Source of the DNA: Eledone cirrhosa
Taxonomy: Eukaryota
Length of the DNA stretch: 51,892 bases
NCBI GenBank assembly: GCA_964016885.1
Contig: CAXHJY010001442.1
Coordinates: forward strand, 1 to 51,892
Reading direction: 5' to 3'
Shown: positions 39,596 through 51,892 of the stretch, in pieces
How positions within the stretch are numbered: position 1 is the stretch's first letter
Layout of the letters: every line of letters begins with the position of its first letter
Notes under the pieces: model-generated
Database searches by the model: none
What the model was told of the DNA's origin: nothing
What the model saw: the letters and a program-made list of their open reading frames with translations, nothing else
Translations under genes and position numbers: made by a program

Positions 39596-40551
39596 ACTAG
39601 ACATGAAAAATGCGCAAGCTCAAAAGTGCCACAGAATGTTATAATAAACCTTCAAAAGTGTGGGACTAGAGTTGTTGCTAAAAAATATTGTAATCATTAT
39701 ATATCGTACATTCTGTGGCATCCTTTATAAAAATAGCTTAAACCAACGAAGCCTTTATTTTTACGCTATTTCACTTAGTTAATTCTTAGAGTGTAACATA
39801 TAAAAATAAATACATCTATGTTTAATGTAATAACAGCTATAAATAATTACGTAATATTATTATCATATACTCATAGTAACAAAATAATTGTGTTGAAAAT
39901 TAATATGATGCTTATATGAACGATCAAATCTATAATGATAATTTCTTAAATATACTAATAGTAAAATAATTTAGTTATCTATTGTTACATTTTCATAGAA
40001 CTATAATATTAACAATCGTATTGCATTATCAAATTTTTATCACTACAAACTTTCATATTGGAATTACCTTAAGCCACTTATTATACTTCGCTTTCGTACT
40101 TTTACAGCTGTAGATATTGCGCTGTATCTTATATCTAATATCAATATCTCATGGTAATTTGCATGCAGTGTAAAATAGGTTTATTAATAACTTTAATATG
40201 AAATGTATTATACAGGGCTGCGGAGTCGGCCAAAAATTGACTGGCTCCAACTCAGGATCTGATACTCCATTATTTCCTAAATTTCAGCTCCGCAGCTCTG
40301 TTATTATATTAATTAATTTATTTTATAGTTGTAAATCATATTTTTATATGTTACACTCTAAGAATTAACTAAGTGAAATAGCGTAAAAATAAAGGCTTTG
40401 TTGGTTTAAGCTATTTTTATAAAGGATGCCACAGAATGTACGATATATAATGATTACAATATTTTTTAGCAACAACTCTAGTCCCACACTTTTGAAGGTT
40501 TATTATAACATTCTGTGGCACTTTTGAGCTTGCGCATTTTTAATGTCTAGT
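39596..40551. repeat. 213-bp inverted repeats (39596-39808 / 40339-40551) around a 530-bp spacer
   Basis: Arms differ at about 2 positions; right arm abuts a 1.1-kb (TA)n array. Confidence 0.9.
40213..40300. mobile_element. hAT-type MITE (88 bp)
   Basis: TIRs CAGGGCTGCGGAG / CTCCGCAGCTCTG; 8-bp TSD GTATTATA / TTATTATA. Confidence 0.75.
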
Positions 40552-41681
<1,130 letters not shown>

Positions 41682-42605
41682 ATCATCATCATCATCATCA
41701 ACGTTTAACGTCCGTGTTCCACGCTTGCATGGGTTTGGACGGGGGTAGTCCCACTTGAGGCAAGAGTGATTGTCTTTCTGGCAGGTTTTCTACAGTTGGA
41801 TGCCCTTCCTAACACCAACCACATTTACAGTGTGGGTCTGGGAGGTTTTTACCGTGTTGCCTACACGGCCACATTACAGCGTGGACTGTGTGTTTTTTTG
41901 TCGTGACACCTACACGATCTCATTTGTTTCGGCCTGGATGGCGCGGCACCAACATAACTTTACATAGAACGGGGTGGTGTGGATGGGGTGGGGGTGGCGG
42001 CGGGAGGGGTGTATTTTGTTAGAGATGCCTACTGGCAAGGCGGGTCTTCTCTGTTACTGAGTACCGCCAAAGGTCACGGTCCAGTGACATTGTCTTGGAG
42101 AGGTGTAAGTGTGTGAGGTCGGAGTTTATCAGCTCATCCCATGTTTTTCTAGGTCTGCCTATTCCGTGGCTACCGTCTATCTTTATTGCCCTGCACTTTG
42201 TAATACAGCTATCGACTTTCATGCGCATCACGTGTCCATACCAACGCAGCCTTCTCTCGAGTAAACAACATCTGATCCCTCTTATCTCTAATTTTTTCCT
42301 TAGTTCGTTTATGCTTTGCCGTTCACGTATATTACTGTTACACATCCAGCGGAGCATGCAAGCTTCGTTCCTCTCTAGTCTGCGTATATCCTCTGCACAC
42401 AATGCCCAGGTCTCACTACCATGCAACATTGCTGTTCGTATGCAGGCATCGTACAACCTGCCTTTCATTTTTAGGGAGAACCCTTTAGCAGCTAATAGTG
42501 GTATAAGCTCTCTGAACTTTTTCCAACCAGTTCTGACTCTAGCTACAGTACTTTCAGAGCACCCTCCCCCACTGCTGATTTTATCGCCCAGGTAACGGAA
42601 GCTGT
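41682..42605 (-). mobile_element. RTE-clade LINE 3' fragment, sister subfamily
   Basis: [23 protein letters not shown]; one copy of the 3'UTR unit; (GAT)n tail. Confidence 0.95.
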
Positions 42606-44046
<1,441 letters not shown>

Positions 44047-44509
44047 ATACATTTAAAGTATATGATAAACACGAAATGTGTTTACATTGCAACAGACAAA
44101 GTTAGCTATTAATGAAATAAACTAATAAAAGTGAATACAATTTGTCTGTCTCGATACAAGTCAATAAAGACAAGCTTATATTGGCAACTGCCTGGATTCC
44201 TGGACATATTTAAATTTCAAAATTCAAACCTGTTCTGTAGACGAATTTGAACCTCGAAACTCAAATAAGTTTCGCAACGGTGGAAACTTATTTGAGTTTC
44301 GAGGTTCAAATTCGTCTACAGAACAGGTTTGAATTTTGAAATTTAAATATGTCCAGGAATCCAGGCAGTTGCCAATATAAGCTTGTCTTTATTGACTTGT
44401 ATCGAGACAGACAAATTGTATTCACTTTTATTAGTTTATTTCATTAATAGCTAACTTTGTCTGTTGCAATGTAAACACATTTCGTGTTTATCATATACTT
44501 TAAATGTAT
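44047..44509. repeat. Apparently perfect 227-bp inverted repeat with 9-nt loop (44274-44282)
   Basis: 44047-44273 is the reverse complement of 44283-44509; island between two kilobase (TA)n arrays. Confidence 0.92.
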
Positions 44510-44580
44510 TAACTGCTTGGAAGAGCCCCTTCCTGGAGCTTAATTATTGTAAACGACTGAGAGTTTATTCTCAAAATATA

Positions 44581-46206
<1,626 letters not shown>

Positions 46207-49200
46207 TAATTTCACACTATATCATATTTTCACCATTCTATATCATATTATTTCTCTAAAAATCATATTTTCCCTATCACCGCATTTTCTCTATCGTATT
46301 TTCTTAAACAAAACAAATCTTGTATTTTCGTTTATTGTTAAATTATGCCCAAAATACGGCGATCTTATCTTAAACCTTACATTCTCGCTTAATTCTGTCA
46401 TATTTTCATACTCTGTCGTATTTTTATAACAAAACAAATCACTATTATATATTCCTTTAAATATATTTTGTTAAACTTGCTAAGTTTTACGCAAAACTTC
46501 GAGTACCTATTTAAACTCTTAACCTCTGCTCCATCCCATCTTCTACCCCCTACCCATACATCATGCTGGTTCCTGCCCCCCCCCCTTCCTCTCTATACAT
46601 ATAAGATAAACCCTACCAAAATTAATCAAAATCGCCAACTCGCTATTTCTGGGATGGCTGTTCCTTCGGTTCCTTCGGTATAAAGTAACGTTCAAATATT
46701 TTTCTCGATTCTTCTCTCCATTCGAATCCATTCATTCAATCACTATTCTATGTCCTAATTTCACACTATATCATATTTTCACCATTCTATATCATATTTT
46801 TTCTCTAAAAATCATATTTTCCCTATCACCGCATTTGCTCTATCGTATTTTCTTAAACAAAACAAATCTTGTATTTTCGTTTATTGTTAAATTATGCCCA
46901 AAATACGGCGATCTTATCTTAAACCTTACATTCTCGCTAACAACCCATCATCCCTCCCACCCGCCCCCACGCACCACCATTATTACGTGGACCAATCATA
47001 AGTCAGAGGCCCATACTATCGCTTAACTGGTTGCTTTTCGATATGATGAATGGACTACGGAATTCTGGAGAGTTGAAGAGAGAAAAATGTGGATGCTCAG
47101 CGACAATGCCAAAGATAAAGCCAAATTCACCTCGTGGACGAGAATGCAAGCACTCCTCCTTGTTTCGGCCCAGGATGGCTAACATAACCCCCCCCCCCCG
47201 CTCCACCGCTCCCACCCTCCAAACGCAATCCAAAACTTCAGAGTTGGTACCATGAATGTAGGCACCTTAAAGGGTCGCTCTAACGAGGTTGTAGAAATGC
47301 TTGAACGTAAGGAGGTCGATGTTTGTTGTATTCAAGAGATCAGGTGGAGGGGAGGGTCGGCTAGATTCATCGTGGGTAAAGAACGATGCTATAAGCTTTT
47401 CTGGGTGAGAAGTGACAATGGGTTGGGTGGGGTAGGAATCATGGTAGCAGAAAAGTGGGCAGATAAGATAATAGACGTAAATAGAGTGAACGACAGAATA
47501 ATTAAAATAAGACATGTCCTCAATAAAACTACGGTGACAGTAATATCTGCGTACGCACCCCAATCCGGACTGCCCGGCGCTATAAAAGACAGATTCTACG
47601 AGACACTGATGCTCGCTACCTCCCAAATAACCGACAGTGACTATATAGTTATTGCAGGCGACCTAAATGGTCACGTTGGACAACATTGTGACGGCTATGA
47701 CGGAATCCATGGAGGCTATGGGTTCGGTACTAGAAATGAGGAAGGCTCCAGAATCCTGGAATTCTGCGACGCAAATAACTTAACTATCTGTAACACTAAC
47801 TTAAAAAAACGAGACAATCACTTGATCACCTATAGATCGGGGGAACACACAAGCCAGGTAGATTATATCCTTACCAGAAGACGTGACAGAGTGTCTGTTG
47901 TTAACACTAAATCCCTCCCCCATGAAGAATTCACCTCCCAACATAGACTGATAATTAGCGACCTCATAGTCAGGACGAGACGTACTAGACAGCGGAAGAG
48001 GACTATCCTCAGGAGAAATATATGGAAGCTAAAGGACCCCATAGCCAGAAATAAATTTCAAAGCATATTACTTGACGCTTTCGACAGTAAGGAAGAGCAA
48101 TTAGAGTCGTATAATATAGAGGAACAGTGGGAATTCCTGAGAGCAAACCTGCTGACGGCGGCAGACGAAGTCTGTGGCTGGAGCAGGCCTGTAGGTAGGA
48201 GGAGAGTAACATGGTGGTGGAACAGTAAGGTGGAGGAGTCAATTAAGGCCAAAAAGCAGGCTTGGAAAGTATGGCGGGATGGGGGAAGTAGAGAAGACTA
48301 TCAAGTGGCCAGGAGGGAAGCTAGGAGACAAGTGTACTTCGCAAGAAGGGAAGAGGAAAGAAAGTTCAAGCATGTTCTACAACGTGAGGACCAAAAACGT
48401 GAGGTGTTCAGGATTGCCAGGCAATGTGTCAAGGAAAACCGTGATATTGTCGGGGAGAAGTGTGTACTTAACGATGATGGCATACTTGCCATCACCGACG
48501 CTGATAAGAAGGTAGCTTGGAAGTGTCACTACGAAAGGCTTCTAAATGAGGAGAACAAATGGGAGAAAGACAGTCTCCCCCACATCGACCCAATAGAGGG
48601 ACCAGCAGTGTTAGTCCAGGGTAGTACAATAAGCAAGGCAATCAAAGATATGAAGACGGGTAAGGCGGCTGGTCCTTCGGAAATAGTTGCTGAGATGCTT
48701 AAGGCATCTGGTTCGGTGGGACACACCATGGTCACCCGGATAGTTAACCAAGTCGTACAGAATGGTGTTGTTCCGAAGGACTGGCGTATCAGCATCATCA
48801 TTAATTGCTACGACGGTAAAGGAGACGCCCTAGATAGGAGTAACTATAGAGGCATTAAATTAATCGACCAGGTCATGAAGGTCACGGAAAAAGTAATAGC
48901 GCAACTAATCAGAGAGAGAATTGATCTAGATGAAATGCAGTTCGGGTTTGTGTCAGGCAAAAGTACCACAGACGCTCTTTTCATTGTACGACAACTACAG
49001 GAGAAGTACCTAGCTAAAAGTAAACCCCTATACTTAGCTTTCGTCGACTTGGAGAAAGCCCTTCGACAGAGTCCCCCGTTCCATTATCTGGTGGTCTCTT
49101 AGAAAACTAGGTGTTGACGAATGGCTTGTGAGAGCTATACAAGCCATGTATAAAGAAACAGTCAGTAAGGTTAGAATTAACAATGAATATAGTGAAGAGT

Positions 49201-50766
49201 TTAGCGTAAAAGTTGGTGTCCATCAGGGCTCTGTTCTTAGCCCCCTACTATTTATTATTGCCCTTCAGGCTATAACAGAGGAGTTCAAGACCGGCTGCCC
49301 ATGGGAACTCCTATACGCAGATGATCTAACGCTCATAGCTGAATCAATGACCTAACTAGAGAAGAAATTCCAAACATGGAAGCACGGCCTAGAATCAAAA
49401 GGCCTTAAAATTAACCTGGCTAAGACTAAAGTTCTAGTTTGTAGGAAAGAAAATAAGGCGGCGGTCCCATCTGGGAAATGGCCATGCTCAGTGTGTAGGA
49501 AAGGCGTAGGCAGAAACTCCATTTTATGTCCCAAATGCAAAGTATGGGTGCATAAAAGATGTAGTGGGATCACAGGTAAGCTAACTAAGAACATAGATTT
49601 TACATGTGGCCGGTGCTCTGGTGCAATAAGTAGCAGCAAGTGCCCACAAAATACTAGCTCCTTCAACTGCACAGAGGGTTGTATAGAAATAGTGGACAGC
49701 TTCCGTTACCTGGGTGACAAAATCAGCAGTGGGGGAGGGTGCTCTGAAAGTACAGTAGCTAGAGTCAGAACTGGATGGAAAAAGTTCAGAGAGCTTATAC
49801 CACTATTAGCCGCTAGAGGGTTCTCCCTAAAAATGAAAGGCAGGTTATACGATGCCAGCATACGAACAGCAATGCTGCATGGCAGTGAGACCTGGGCATT
49901 GTGTGCAGAGGATATACGCAGACTAGAGAGGAACGAAGCTTGCATGCTCCGCTGGATGTGCAATAGTAATATACGTGAATGGCAAAGCATAAACGAACTA
50001 AGGAAAAAATTAGAAATAAGAGGGATCAGATGTTGTTTACTCGAGAGAAGGCTACGTTGGTACGGTCACGTGATGCGCATGAAAGACGACAGCTGTATAA
50101 CAAAGTGCAGGGCAATAAAGATAGACGGTAGCCACGGAGTAGGCAGACCCAGAAAACATGGGACGAGCTGATAAACTCCGACCTCACACACTTACACCTC
50201 TCCAAGACAATGTCACTGGACCGAGACCTTTGGCGGTACTCAGTAATAGAGAAGACCCGCCTTACCTAAATACAAAGTAAAAACCTACTACAGTCAGTAG
50301 GCATCTCTATCAAAACACACCCCCGTCCCACCATCTCCACCCCATCCACACCGCCCCTTTCAATGTAAAGTTATGTTGGTCCCACAACATCCAGGCCGAA
50401 ACAAATGAGATCGTGTAGGTGTCACGACAAAAAAACACAGTCCACGCTGTAAATGTGGCCGTGTAGGCAACACGGTAAAAACCTCCCAGCCCCACACTGT
50501 AAATGTGGTTCGTGTTAGGAAGGGCATCCATCTGTAGAAAACCCGCCAGACAGTCCACGCTGTAATGTGGCCGTGTAGGCAACACGGTAAAAACCTCCCA
50601 GCCACACACTGTAAATGTGGTTGGTGTTAGGAAGGGCATCCAACTGTAGAAAACCCGCCAGACAGTCCTATGCGAGCAAGACAACCACTCTTGCCTCAAG
50701 TGGGACTACCCCCGTCCAAACCCATGCAAGCGTGGAACACGGACGTTAAACGATGATGATGATGAT
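46207..50766 (+). mobile_element. Near full-length RTE-clade LINE (APE endonuclease, RT with PHD-like Cys insert), coding about 47043-50268 with few lesions
   Basis: MNVGTL, IQEIRW, SAYAPQ, GDLNGHVG, SQVDY, SQH, GKAAGP, NYRGIKL, VDLEKA, GVHQGSVLSP, LYADD; frameshifts at about 47190, 49070, 50155 and TAA at 49353; 183-bp 5' duplication (46207-46389 / 46756-46938); (GAT)n tail. Confidence 0.95.
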
Positions 50767-50779
50767 ATATATGTATATG

Positions 50780-50818
<39 letters not shown>

Positions 50819-51230
50819 ATATATATATATGTATATGTATATATATGTATATATATATTTATATGTATGTATGTATGTATATATATATATGTATATGTAT
50901 ATGTGTATATGTATATATGTATATGTATATATATATATATGTATATATATACATATATATGTATATGTATATATGTATATATATGTTATATATATATATG
51001 TAAATATATATATGTATATATATATATGTAAATATATATATGTATATATATATATATATGTATATGTATATATGTATATATATATATATATGTATATGTA
51101 TATATATATATGTATATATATATGTATATATATATATGTATATGTATATATATATGTATATGTATATATATGTATATGTATATATATATGTATATGTATA
51201 TATATATATGTATATGTATATATATATATG

Positions 51231-51306
<76 letters not shown>

Positions 51307-51362
51307 TATATGTATATGTATATATATATATGTGTATATATATATATATATATATGTATATG

Positions 51363-51394
<32 letters not shown>

Positions 51395-51558
51395 TATGTA
51401 TATGTATATATATGTATATATATGTATATATGTATATATGTATATATATATATGTGTATATGTATATATATGTATATATATATATATGTATATGTATATA
51501 TATATATGTATATGTATATATATATATGTATATATATATATATGTATATATAAATATA

Positions 51559-51605
<47 letters not shown>

Positions 51606-51756
51606 GTATATGTATATATTTATATATATATATGTATATATAAATATATATATATGTATATATAAATATATATATGTATATATAAATATATATATGTATA
51701 TATAAATATATATATGTATATATATATATATATATGTATATATAAATATATGTATG

Positions 51757-51842
<86 letters not shown>

Positions 51843-51846
51843 CATA
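50767..51846. repeat. (TA)n/(TATATG)n array
   Basis: Direct inspection. Confidence 0.98.
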
Positions 51847-51892
51847 TTGTTTAATGTATTAGTATTTATACATGTTTTAATGTATTAGTATT

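Overview
Eukaryotic, very AT-rich and repeat-dominated DNA, most likely an octopus or related cephalopod. This is inferred from octopus-type tRNA-SINE heads, RTE LINEs with (GAT)n tails and kilobase (TA)n arrays. Almost all long 'YIYI' ORFs in the track are microsatellite artefacts. The only convincing host gene is on the + strand at about 7.0-15.2 kb: five symmetric phase-1 exons, each encoding one six-cysteine pacifastin/VWC-N-like module (C-x18-C-x2-C-x-C-x7-C-x4-C), with an RKKR furin-type linker. A lone C2H2 zinc-finger coding segment lies on the - strand near 33.2 kb. The rest is transposon material: Penelope-like (RT+GIY-YIG), Tx1/L1, CR1, R4/Dong and several RTE LINEs, nearly all bounded by (TA)n-type arrays, plus mariner, piggyBac, Helitron, hAT MITE and SINE pieces. 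The most unusual layer is a set of small non-coding elements with hammerhead ribozyme motifs and fold-back ends. It includes a 466-bp, highly structured partial tandem repeat with two intact type I hammerheads (retrozyme-like; predicted 466-nt self-cleaved, possibly circular RNA).
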